Origin: Phoronis australis
Lineage: Eukaryota; Animalia; Phoronida
DNA length: 64,000 nt
Reading direction: 5' to 3'
Assembly (NCBI GenBank): GCA_002633005.1
Contig: NMRA01000676.1
Coordinates: 92,658-156,657 of the forward strand
In this document: piece by piece, positions 13,371 through 26,259 of the stretch
Numbering within the stretch: the stretch's first letter is position 1
How the letters are laid out: the number at the start of each line of letters is the position of its first letter
The notes under the pieces: model-generated
Databases searched by the model: none
What the model was told of the DNA's origin: nothing
Seen by the model: the letters and a program-made list of their open reading frames with translations, nothing else
Made by a program: the position numbers and the translations under genes

Positions 13371-16300
13371 GCAAACGAACTCTGATGAATAACGCACGCG
13401 CTCGCTCACACACACACACGCAGACGAAATTCAAAACAAATGTCACGTGACAACAACATGTGTGTTCATCCATAGATTTTCTCATGTTGCGGGGTACGAT
13501 CTAGCGCAATTGGACATAATCTGCAGTTAATCCCGACTCCACAGGAACGTTAAAAATATTAGGGAGGCTATTTGGAAAACTCAGAATTTCAGCTAATTTT
13601 TTGAGTCGAAACACTATTTTTATTCAAGAATTAAAGTTGCCCTATCGACAATCGCAGTGACGCAAGTCAGAGGGTTTTCAGCATAATTTTCCGAAAAATG
13701 ATCGTAATTTATAACAACAAAGTTTGATAGCAATGCACCATTTGTAAAAGTCTGTCACGGGTTACAGTTAATGTCACAGAGCGTAAATTTGACGAATCTT
13801 AGGTTCCGATTTCACCGGTATCGGAGACCGGGTTTCAACTGCCTGGAGGCTACAATAAGCGCAGCCCTGAAACGAATTTTTCTAAGCGCCCCGTGCGCTT
13901 ATTAAGATAAACACGGTACTTTTCAAAACATTGATTTTCCCAAAACTTCAGTGACTGCAGATTCAATATCTAATACAGTACAACTGGTGCTTATAAACTT
14001 AAATTTTGAAAACAGAAAAACATAAATTTTAAAAACAGAAATTACAACTAGTTTGGTGTGGCTTTGGTGATCAGTTTGCACACCTGAATTAGAATGAACA
14101 TCAGAAATTTGGGTTCAGTTTCTAAGCTTCAAAACAAATACTGGCTTCAATAACTATGGTCAAAGTTAACACACAATTCACTAAATTACCTTTTGATGGG
14201 AAGCGTTGATCACACAAAGATGTCAGAGATCAGTTACTCTAGTGAATTATACTGTTACTAAGAACTCTACAATCAAAGATGGCTGTGCACCTGAATACTA
14301 TGACCTTTTGACCTACTTTGATCAGGTTGCTATTGACAATTATTATGCCCACATTGGGACCAAGGTAAAAACAAGGCTTCAACTTAAACAAATGGAAGGT
14401 GTATGGTTGAAAGTTTTTATTAAAATAAAGCAAATAAAAGTATTAGTGTTTGAAATAGGGACTGCTTAAACCGAAGCAGAATTGGATATTAAACTTGTTC
14501 AATGGGGCATTGCCTTTATTCTACAAATTTTCAAAAAGTGTGAAAATATTAATAAAATGAAAAATCTATGTAATGTCTGTTCATGTAAAATTGATTTGCT
14601 GTATGTTATGTATTAAGTCTCCAAAACTGAATTTACAAAACCCAGCCATGTGAAAAATATAACACTGCTTCATACAACAGTAAATGTTCAATAATTTTGC
14701 ATGCAAAACTTGTCAATATTACCACTTTTCTATTTTGAAGTAACATTCTAAGATTAATCACAATTTTAATAAACATCCTGTACAGTGAAGAAATAATGAA
14801 GGAGAATTTTTCTTAAAATTTTAACTTTTGTTGACATAAGAAACCTCACAAAAATCCACTATTGCCATAGTTTGTACTAAATAGGCAAAGCATTAAGGCA
14901 AACAAAGTTTATTGACACAGTATACCTATATTTGTCTGGTTTCTATTTGCCAAAGCTGTATACAGTAAGTTCTGAAGGTGCAAATTTCACAACCTGGTTG
15001 ACACAACAATGCTCCTTAAATTAAATCTCCACCAAAGCTCAGTGGTTAATTATCAGTCCACGATCTACATACGAACAAGTATAAACAAATCTTAAATACC
15101 CTGCAATCAAGTTGTTTAATGAATTAGACAATTGAAAAAAATCCTGGCTAGCTCAAAACAAACCCAAAAGAGACATACTCAAATGCTTTACTATCAGAAG
15201 AAAACTACTGGCGTGCGTTCAGTAGACGCTAGGACCTATGCTAGGACCTAGCTAAAATCTGGTCAAGGTCACGTGTTCCCACTTAAAATACACGGCAATT
15301 ACTCACGTAATCTCGCGAAGTCTTGCTTTTTAGCGAGGTCCTAGTGTTACTGAACGGGAGGCTGGTGTGTGTATGTGTTCCAAATTTAAGAAGGTTAGCA
15401 GATTTCAACTGGATCAATAAGCTCATTGACTGGATCCACTATAACCTTACCCATGGCCATTGACAAGCCAGACAATAGAGGGCATAATTACAAAATATTC
15501 AGGTATAGAACTGTATCACTACAGGGAACCCTAACAGAGTAAAGGTCAGAAGAGTTGCACAACTACACTGACAGTGAGCAAAGTCAAAGTTTGCGGTGAG
15601 TTTTAACCAAAGTGGACCTCATTAGGATATTTTTTAACTTTGAAATCACCATTTGTATGTGAACATGAGTTCTGAACTTTCTTGTTAAATGTATAATCAT
15701 TTAAGACATCAGAAGATCCAATAAAAATGAGTGAATAATTTTCCTNGCAAATGAACTCTGATGAATAACGCACGCGCTCGCTCACACACACACACGCAGA
15801 CGAAATTCAAAACAAATGTCACGTGACAACAACATGCGTGTTCATCCAGAGATTTTCTCATGTTGCGGGGTACGATCTAGCGCAATTGGACATAATCTGC
15901 AGTTAATCCCGACTCCACAGGAACATAAAAATATTAGGGAGGCTATTTGGAAAACTCAGAATTTCAGCTAATTTTTTGAGTCGAAACAGTATTTTTATTC
16001 AAGAATTAAAGTTGCCCTATGGACAATCGCAGTGACGCATAAGTCAGAGGGTTTTCAGCATAATTTTCTGAAAAATGATCGTAATTTATAACAACGAAGT
16101 TTGATAGCAATGCACCAACATTTTGTAAAAGTCTGTCACGGGTTACAGTTAATGTCACAGAGCGTAAATTTGATGAATCTTAGCTTCCGATTTCACCGGT
16201 ATCGGAGACCGGGTTTCAACCGCTTGGAGGCTACAATAAGCGCAGCCCTGAAAAGGCCCGTGCGCTTATTAAGGTAAACACGGTACTTTTCAAAACATTG

Positions 16301-18112
16301 ATTTTCCCAAAACTTCAGTGACTGCAGATTCAATATCTAATACAGTACAACTGGTGCTTATAAACATAAATTTTGAAAACAGAAAAACATAAATTCTAAA
16401 AACAGAAATTACAACTAGTTTGGTGTGGCTTTGGTGATCAGCTTGCACACCTGAATTAGAATGAACATCAGAAATTTGGGTTCAGTTTCTAAGCTTCAAA
16501 ACAAATACTGGCTTCAATAACTATGGTCAAAGTTAACACACAATTCACTAAATTACCTTTTGATGGGAAACGTTGATCACACAAAGATGTCAGAGATCAG
16601 TTACTCTAGTGAATTATACTGTTACTAAGAACTCTACAATCAAAGATGGCTGTGCACCTGAATACTATGACCTTTTGACCTACTTTGATCAGGTTGCTAT
16701 TGACAATTATTATGCCCACATTGGGACCAAGGTAAAAACAAGGCTTCAACTTAAACAAATGGAAGGTGTATGGTTGAAAGTTTTTATTAAAATAAAGCAA
16801 ATAAAAGTATTAGTGTTTGAAATAGGGACTGCTTAAACCGAAGCAGAATTGGATATTAAACTTGTTCAATGGGGCATTGCCTTTATTCTACAAATTTTCA
16901 AAAAGTGTGAAAATATTAATAAAATGAAAAATCTATGTAATGTCTGTTCATGTAAAATTGATTTGCTGTATGTTATGTATTAAGTCTCCAAAACTGAATT
17001 TACAAAACCCAGCCATGTGAAAAATATAACACTGCTTCATACAACAGTAAATGTTCAATAATTTTGCATGCAAAACTTGTCAATATTACCACTTTTCTAT
17101 TTTGAAGTAACATTCTAAGATTAATCACAATTTTAATAAACATCCTGTACAGTGAAGAAATAATGAAGGAGAATTTTTCTTAAAATTTTAACTTTTGTTG
17201 ACATAAGAAACCTCACAAAAATCCACTATTGCCATAGTTTGTACTAAATAGGCAAAGCATTAAGGCAAACAAAGTTTATTGACACAGTATACCTATATTT
17301 GTCTGGTTTCTATTTGCCAAAGCTGTATACAGTAAGTTCTGAAGGTGCAAATTTCACAACCTGGTTGACACAACAATGCTCCTTAAATTAAATCTCCACC
17401 AAAGCTCAGTGGTTAATTATCAGTCCACGATCTACATACGAACAAGTATAAACAAATCTTAAATACCCTGCAATCAAGTTGTTTAATGAATTAGACAATT
17501 GAAAAAAATCCTGGCTAGCTCAAAACAAACCCAAAAGAGACATACTCAAATGCTTTACTATCAGAAGAAAACTACTGGCGTGCGTTCAGTAGACGCTAGG
17601 ACCTATGCTAGGACCTAGCTAAAATCTGGTCAAGGTCACGTGTTCCCACTTAAAATACACGGCAATTACTCACGTAATCTCGCGAAGTCTTGCTTTTTAG
17701 CGAGGTCCTAGTGTTACTGAACGGGAGGCTGGTGTGTGTATGTGTTCCAAATTTAAGAAGGTTAGCAGATTTCAACTGGATCAATAAGCTCATTGACTGG
17801 ATCCACTATAACCTTACCCATGGCCATTGACAAGCCAGACAATAGAGGGCATAATTACAAAATATTCAGGTATAGAACTGTATCACTACAGGGAACCCTA
17901 ACAGAGTAAAGGTCAGAAGAGTTGCACAACTACACTGACAGTGAGCAAAGTCAAAGTTTGCGGTGAGTTTTAACCAAAGTGGACCTCATTAGGATATTTT
18001 TTAACTTTGAAATCACCATTTGTATGTGAACATGAGTTCTGAACTTTCTTGTTAAATGTATAATCATTTAAGACATCAGAAGATCCAATAAAAATGAGTG
18101 AATAATTTTCCT
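13371..18112. repeat. Tandem ~2.37 kb duplication joined by a single N (13371-15745 / 15747-18112); probable uncollapsed haplotype overlap
   Basis: Scattered SNPs and indels in the first ~800 bp, apparently identical afterwards; junction is exactly the lone N at 15746. Confidence 0.9.
15211..15361. mobile_element. 151-bp MITE with CTG TSD (Harbinger-like); assembly duplicate at 17578-17728
   Basis: CGTTCAGTA(G)ACGCTAGGACCT ... AGGTCCTAGTGTTACTGAACG inverted termini, CTG on both flanks; an interrupted inverted family member lies at 44484-45434. Confidence 0.7.
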
Positions 18113-18650
18113 TTGGCCCGTTTCTTGATAAGTCTATCATTGGCTTTTGTCTTTTGACTTTCAGATAAAAATCAATCTGTCTGTTTCATGAAAATCAGGC
18201 AAAGGCTGAGCATTAGAAAACCTGTCTACAAACTTGAAGTCCAAAGACAGAAATTCATAGACACGAAATTAAACATTTCAAAAAACGCAGATTGCTGACT
18301 TTTGGCTAAGTAGAATGACAAAAGACAAAAGCCAATACCGTTGTCTTTGAGAACTATAATAGGCGAGTGAATGAGGCACATCCACAATGACAGTGTATGG
18401 TTAACTTGGAAGTGGGTTAAGGGTATGTACGACGTTATCAACTTGTCGATGTACTTAGCCAAATATCTACAACACCATAGAATTTAACTCAGTAAAAGTT
18501 TTGATTTTTTGAAAGTGGAAAGCCTGTAGTCTATGATTTTTCACATCATATCAACCTGTTGTTAAGTGGATTACATAACCATGTCTTTTTAGTAAAATTG
18601 AGCAAAAAGGAAAGGTACATCTTGAGCAAAACAATAACATGACCAAATTT

Positions 18651-18869
18651 TAGGGAATAAAGTAGTTACCTACTGGCGACCTGTTTGTATTTGCGGACCT
18701 AGCTCTTGGGCCTGTCGGCCACTCTTTCTTGGGATATTGATGGAAATCTTCAGGTTACATGGCCACCTGTGGGTGGTCCTTGGCAGTTGTCGAACACGAC
18801 TTGGACAGGCTCAAAAGCTAGGTCCGCAAATAAAAACAGGTCGCCGATGGGTAACTACTTTATTCTCCA
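18651..18869. mobile_element. ~215-bp fold-back MITE with ~60-bp terminal inverted repeats
   Basis: GAATAAAGTAGTTACCTACTGGCGACCTGTTTGTATTTGCGGACCTAGCTCTTGGGCCTGTC vs GACAGGCTCAAAAGCTAGGTCCGCAAATAAAAACAGGTCGCCGATGGGTAACTACTTTATTC. Confidence 0.85.
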
Positions 18870-20240
18870 TACTATGTAAGAGTGCAGTATGTACATTCAT
18901 TCTACCACGACCAACTTTTGTTTGACATAAATGTACAAGATGATGTGTTTTCCTTTTATATCACTGTTTTTTATAAAAATCAACGTCCTATTTTTGATAA
19001 CCCCGTATCCAAGTTTGTAACATTTTAAAAACAACTTCCAACAGCGTTTTAGAAGACAGCTACATAACTTGAAGTGTGCTACCTAAAAGTTTCACATGAA
19101 TCTGATAGCGATGTTCCAATTTTTGCCAAAATTTAGCCATCTTCCAAGCATCCTACGCAAACCTAAAATTCTCATAAGGCCCTTTCATATTAACTTTGAT
19201 GCGTTAATGTTTTTGGGGAGTAGCAGTCAGTATGAATGGTTAACTTCAGTCCTGCATCGAAGTCAAAAGTGCCAGTTAACTTTGCAGTAAACAGGTGGCT
19301 TTAACACCGCAGCGTCGATGCTGCGGTGCAGTATGAATGGTCAACTTCGATCTTATCCAAGTTATCACCAGGGGCCACTGTTAACAACAATTAGATGGCA
19401 GTGTCGTCGCTTATAGTTGCTTATATTTGGTTCAAAAAGTCACCATTCGAAATAGACATAAGTTTAATGTCAATTATATGTACTTTACTGTGTTAAAAGC
19501 TTAAAACTTTTGTTAATATTTGGCTAAATGTACCGACTTGTAGCTAAGCTCCAACATAACCTTAATGTTTCCTTGGCACAGACCTGTGTCAAGGTGCATG
19601 TGTGTGTCCATCATGACTTGCCACCATCTGCCTTCTCCTGTCTACATTTGTTTCAAAATGGCTTAGTTTTGCATAATAATTAGGTAAAATGACACAATTT
19701 AGGACACAATATGGCTCACAAGTGAAATTATCAGTTTTCCTTGAATTACATGTTGCACCAACAGTAAGGCTTTTGCCATGTTCTTGTTACCGCGGCTACC
19801 GGATCAGATATCGTCTTGCAAAATGTGACCATTCACAACAATGTTTGAAGTACTTGAAAATGAAAAAAATGTTGTTTTTGACAATCATTTTTGACCGAAA
19901 TTAGCGAGACTTTAGCGTGCGCACAAAAACTGGTTGCGTCTCCAAAGGAAATTATCTCAGCCACTTATGTTGCCCTGAGTGTTTGCAAGCCTTGAAAATG
20001 ACCCCCCAGCCAGACATTAATAAACAAGTCCAGGCTGAACCAGTGAATGTAAACAGTTAACTGGCCAATATCAGATAACATTAAATAAACAAAGTGGAAA
20101 GTATGGTAATAACCATACATGCCCCAACAGCAGTACAGCTGAGAACAAAAGTAATGGACAACCTACAAAAGACTATTAATAACTGTTATGTCAGCAAATT
20201 CTAATTACAGAATGGCTTAGTCACCTTACTAACATCCCTG

Positions 20241-20641
20241 GGCCCGGTCTCTAATCTTTGTACTCGAAACGAACTCGAAACTATCTTTGGCAATTTCTCT
20301 GCTCCTTTTGTGCGAACTTAAGATAATTGGTTATCAGACTGTGCTCGAATACATTATAGTTTATGCATAGGAGTTTCTAGTTCAAGCTTGCCCTTGAAGA
20401 CCCTTATATTTGTGCTACCAACTCGAGTAAAAACTCGAACTTTCGAGTTCAAACTCGAAGTTATTGCTTTAATATTGGGTTTACAAACTGTGAACTAAGG
20501 GCAATAAATTATCTACGTAAGTTATTGTGTACTCGAGCATAGAATAATGGACACTTATCTTGATTTCGCCCAAAAGTAGAGTAGAAAATGCCAAACCTAA
20601 TTTCGAGTTCCATTTCCAGTAAAAAGATTGGAGACCGGGCC
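20241..20641. mobile_element. 401-bp PIF/Harbinger-type MITE with CTG target-site duplication
   Basis: Termini GGCCCGGTCTCTAATCTTT / AAAGATTGGAGACCGGGCC with extended imperfect inverted arms; CTG at 20238-20240 and 20642-20644; internal AACTCGA repeats. Confidence 0.85.
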
Positions 20642-22197
20642 CTGGCATTAATTCCCTTTTAATCTGTCAATAGGGAAGACTATCTCACTCTGAAAAGGAA
20701 TTTGGCTTCTGCCCAACCCTATAATGGGGGATTCCTGAGATCATTTTGAGTGAATACTTTTGGCTAATACTGTATTTTTAGATGACAGATGCCATGCAAA
20801 TGTAATGTGCAGTATATACTCAAGCCAAATTTAATTGAAATTGCAAATCCTAGTAATTTTGTGTCCCAAAATTTTTTCCTGAAGTTAAACCTTTATTGAA
20901 TGACTACTGGGATTGTTCCAAGAAATTGCCACATGGAAATCGCATCAAATGTAATAAATTAGCACAATACAAGCAATTCTCTTGACCATTGCTTTGTTAA
21001 CAATTGAGGAAAAACCAGCTGACTAAGGTGTGAGAGTGACGAAATTATCCGTGAGAGTCTGAAACAACCCTGCTTTGGTAATATGACTATCATCTAAGGA
21101 CATCTTATTTCACCCAATGATAAGGTCGATCACTTCCATTCAATTTTTCTATATGTCACAAAATATCGAGGCCTGAAAAAAAAGAAAACTCAGAACATCT
21201 CACTTTTTTGGAACTACTGTGGTTGCAATTTGGAGTTAAAAGGCATAATCTATTTAATAGGTCACTTATTTCTTACTATGAATTTGAAATCTTTTGACAA
21301 TCCGAAGGAGTGTTTGATGCAGCTAACAAACTTTTGAAAACAAATGAATGCTGTCAGTCCAGAGGCTGGGGTATAATAGTTGTACTCAAAATCAAACATG
21401 AAAATATTTTTGAAATTTTCCATTCTGTTTTAGTACGAAATCAAGATATGTTTCTGTAATTCTGCGCTATAGTAAATTACAACTGATGCGAAAGATTGTC
21501 AATTCATAGTCTGCACTTAATGACACCAGCAATAAAGTTACGAGTTTGAGTGAGAAGTTGAAATTTTGAGTTTTTAATTAAATCAAGTTTGCAGCTTGAA
21601 TCTAGGGATCATGTAGTGCAAACTCAGTCAAGACAGTCGTCGAGCTAAACCTGAATGTATGGTAACATCTTATCAATTTCATATGAAAATAATTTTTAAA
21701 TTTGTCCCTTTTTCATTTTTCAAAGTTTCTAACACCATTGCGAATGCCCATATTTCAGAATATCGCCAGGTGATAATTGTGGTAGAGAGTTAGAACATGG
21801 AAAAGCATGGATTAGATGCAACATATGTTTTATGAAAAAATGGGGAATGAAATTTCACTCAGCGCCATATTGTGTCCTAAATTGATAAAATTTTAGCAAC
21901 ATGCTGATAATAGAAACAAATCTTGAGTTTAAAATTTTCTTAAACCTGCATTTCGCTCTGTTAGCAGGTATTTTACTCTCTCATAAAATCGGTCTCATAA
22001 TATTCCTTACCATGACAGGATTCTGCTTTGTTTGGTAACGGAAATAGAATCACACTAAAGATATGACATCAATTTTATGACAGCAAAAGGCCACGTTTGA
22101 TTTTCATTTTTCAGCCAGCTAAACAGGGCCAAGTGCAGCTTAAAATATTTTAAAATTATCGCTGGAATTTACAACTTATACAACATATATACAATTC

Positions 22198-22428
22198 GTG
22201 AGGCTTTACATATCAGTTGGTGCAAGCCCATCTCAATAGGCAACTGCCACACCACAGGTTGTCATTGTTGGTCTAGTTCATTGTCACTCCCTGTAACTGA
22301 CTGTACCTGTGCTTCATTACTTGTTGCTGGGCCTAGCTAGGTGGCCACTGTATTATGACTTCTGAGGATGGTGTTTAATAAATGACACCGAAACATGTCA
22401 AGTTTTAAAACCGTAGTTATTTTCTTGA
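22198..22428 (+). mobile_element. 231-bp retroposed insertion (Penelope-like pseudo-LTR / retrozyme-type) with 13-bp flanking direct repeat
   Basis: ATATATACAATTC at 22185-22197 and 22429-22441; contains a hammerhead motif near its 3' end. Confidence 0.65.
22357..22404 (+). ncRNA. Minimal type I hammerhead ribozyme
   Basis: GACTT-CTGAGGA-T-GGTGT(ttaataaatg)ACACC-GAAAC-AT-GTC-AAGTT: stem I GACTT/AAGTT, core CUGANGA, 5-bp stem II, GAAA, palindromic ACAUGU stem III, GUC cleavage triplet ending 22399. Confidence 0.75.
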
Positions 22429-23376
22429 ATATATACAATTCCTTTTAAATCATTGACAAACAAGACTTAAGTGGCTCAAAAAGGTGTTATGTGCTTATAC
22501 ACCTATGTATTAACTTGCCCAGCTGCCTGAAATGGTCTCTCAAATAGGCACTCCACTAAGTTCCCTAAATCGTGTGCGTGTTTGTGTCTTTGTTTAATCG
22601 CAAATGCTATGTTTGTCTATCATTTTGTCTTTATTACAAGCTCCTCAATGACATTTCCTAATAATTTGTCAAAACAACTGAGCCCTACGTTTTATGAAAA
22701 TGAATTGGGACTTAGTCCTTAAATTAGGAACGTTGCATGAAAAGATCTCTATTGACTTTTAATAATATTTAGAATTCTACATTGAGTTCACTCTTGGTGT
22801 GTGACAAAGCCAAAAATAGACTCAGCAATAAAAATAAAACAGCAGGAGAAAAAACTGTCAGATTATGTTTTCACAAGTTTATAAAATAGGTAAAAAGTTA
22901 AGAATATTGTCAAGTCCTTATTTGGGCCTGTTTCATGCAACCGCGCATTGGACCTTATTGGGAATCAAGTTTTTAATCCAGTATAAGTGAGTGTGCCGCA
23001 GCCATCACAACTAGCTTCAAAGAGGTTATGTCAGATAACTCTGGAAAATGCATTTCTGGAGTTGCTATTATATATAGGATAGACTTTGACCAGAGCTATA
23101 AAACAACAAAATCTGTCAGGGGGGAGGTGATTTTATTACAAATCGGCTACCTTCGCAGTTGTCTGTCAGACCTTTGCTAAAATCAAAGGTGGTAACTTAA
23201 CCATGAATTGAAAGACTGCCAATCAAATGAGGTGTAGCTCCGCCCACAGAGTGAACAATTAGGGATGGCAGGTTCCATTCCTCGTTGCAGCTGACCTAAG
23301 AAATCGCTTTAAATTCTCACCGTGTCATTTTGTTTTTACTCGCACGCCTACAGACATCAGCACAACACCAGCGGAG

Positions 23377-26171
23377 ATGAACAGTAGTAGAGTTAGTCCA
23401 TCCCCACATGAAAACACTGAGAAGAGGAAGAACAGCAAATTACCAAGTAAGTTCTGCTATGATTACCGATTTACCATGTACAACAATTACCATGTTATGT
23501 TGGCTTTCAGACCCCAAAAGAGCGATGACGAGGCAAAGGAAAGGTTGTTGACAGTTTTGAAACTCACTAATTGCTTCATTGCATGTTTATAACCATAATT
23601 CATGGAAGAAAGCTATATTTGGGCTGTCCATCATATGTCTATCACTCATTCACTGGCAGTCAGACTGCTTTGAACTTATTACCCAAAATGCTTTGGAGAG
23701 ATTTTGAAAAACTTCCAGACGATCGGAATGGCGAAAGGTAGAAATGATTCTATTCAGGAAGACATCCTGTTTTGAAATTATTTTTAATGCAAAACAATCA
23801 ACAAATATCATTTTTATGATATCATAGTGATCGCAAGCTTCACCTAGTGGTGATTTAAAAACAAAAAATGCAACATTGCAGAATCCAGATCAAAATAAAA
23901 AGGCTTACAAGATTTTTGAGTTTGGTAACATGCTGGTTACTCAAGCTTGTGAAATGACAGAGAAAAGGATTGAATTGTGACAAATTACAACTTCAAGAAA
24001 AAATTCATAACCAAAATTTTACATGGCATCACCATAGCAGTGGTCAATATTACAATTTATTGACTTCTAAATACAGGTTTACAACTCCCCAATTTTCCAA
24101 ATGATATAATAATCAATAAATTTGCACAAAATAATAGTCAAAAATCATTCTTTATGTTTTCAAATGACTATGTTGCTACAACTGACCCACTTTTCACTAG
24201 TTGTCGTATCATGATTATCAATAAATGTACATTATCATGATTACACCTCAATATACACTATGATTATAATAGTCATATTCTCTAAATGTTTGTTTTTAAT
24301 AAAAAAGTAACGTAAAAATAATTTTTCGCCACATCTTGTGTCAAGTATGTGAAGAAAAAGTAAATTAACTGGGATGCAGGGAGACAATATAGCTCCACAG
24401 CTGAGAACATTGTCCAACTGCTAGCAATTTATGTGGAATAGTTATGAAAAGAAAAATTATCTTATTTTTTGAAATAATGTCAGTCCTTAGGGGATAATTT
24501 TGAAAGCTTTGTTATTGTCAATTACATTACTTGAGAAAAGAAAATAATTTATGTAGAAGAGACAGTTCTAAATGCATTCTTCCAAAACTACTAACAACAT
24601 GAAAAACAATGTAATTTTAACAACAAACTGACGTGTAAAATCAATTTTAGGATTTATTCCTGGTATAACAGAGAAAGTTTACTGGAAAGACTTGCCAGAG
24701 GATGACCCAGATAGTCCACCTAAAGTAAAGAGAGAAGATTACCATCACTTTGAAGGATATGAGGACGTAGAGTATGATAAAGGTGAGCTGCCTTATGATT
24801 GGATAATGTCAGAGGGAGGCAAGGATTAGCAAACTGATTTTGTCATGTGGCATATTATAATTGGTCAACATTTTATGATTGGACAACATTACTGGAGGAG
24901 ATGGGTGTAGAAAAATGATTTTGACAGGTGACAAGGTTAATGAATGGTCAAGACTTTATGAATGGACAATACTGGCAAATTGATTTTGCCACGTGATAGA
25001 GTCAATAAAAAATGGTCAAAATGTCATTTTTTTTACCTCACCATGTGCACACTTCTATACAAATATGGATGGAATTTAAGGGCAGTGTCAGGTTCTATGG
25101 ACCACGGGCAACCAAAGAGGACAATGTTCTCTGGAGGTACATATCATCTGATACGCGCAAGGGATACTAATTAAGACACTTTCCTTTATTTTCACCAACA
25201 TAAAACAATGAGAAAAAGAGATTCAGCAACTAAGAAACATTACTATAACAGGAACACTTCATAAATAGCAGTCCAGGATGAATTTGCAATTCTTAAAAAT
25301 TTAACGTCAATGCCTCTCAACTGAAACAGCCACTTTGTTGGTATACGAAGGGAAACTACTCCTACAATGAATTCGGCTTCCGCCCAGCCATCATACCAGG
25401 TATTCCGGGCTTTTTTGTCTTAATACTATTGGCCTGTACTGTAGTCTTTCGTTATTCACCATAACTTAGCTTCTACTATTGCCTAACTCTCCTGTAACAG
25501 CTGAATCAACCGTCTTGTGATCCGAGTTTCAGTTCTCCTAATCGAGCATGTGATCAGCGGTTTTTATATTAGCCAACAATGGAGAGGACCCCTCCAGATT
25601 TTTGCGAGGAACTCCAGCACTTTAAATGAAAACAGTGTGATTTATGAGGCAAAGCAGTACGACAAAAAAGTTACTGCTTGGGAGGTCGTGCTTATGCACC
25701 AAGGTGACCTTTCAACTTCATCAGGAGCATTGAACTAAAATTGATAATAACGGGTGAATGACTGGGCTTATAGGTGTTAGGAATTAATTAGTCAGGTAAA
25801 GAAATGTTTATTTTGTTAACATTGACCCCGCAATTTGTATTTAAATGTCATGGATTGAGACCTATAAAACTAAGAAAGGAAGGATTCCATTATTTCCTGT
25901 CTCTGAGAATAATAAATATTTAACTCACATTTCAGAAAAATTGGTGACAGCGTTGCCCTCATCAGACAGTGTGGGGGATGGTGAAAATACACCATCCCTG
26001 ACAAGATTTGTTGAGTAAGTGTACAAAAACAAAACTGCAGGAAACTCCAACTTGGTCAACAAAATAAGTGTCCCTGTCTAATGTTGCATTATGGTCACTT
26101 GTGCTACAGGAACTACTAACTGTGTAAACATCACTTTGCCAGAGCAATGTTGGGAAGGCGATATACTATAT

Positions 26172-26259
<88 letters not shown>

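Noticed and set aside
13381-13432. CTGATGA...GAAA hammerhead-like words
   Set aside because: No stem II or stem I pairing; the spacer is a CA microsatellite.
14206-14469. 87-aa ORF present twice (also 16573-16836)
   Set aside because: Repeat is due to the assembly duplication; non-ATG start, no recognisable domain or joinable exons.
21236-22145. Kolobok-like element (TTAA...GTGCAGCTTAA)
   Set aside because: No convincing matching inverted termini.
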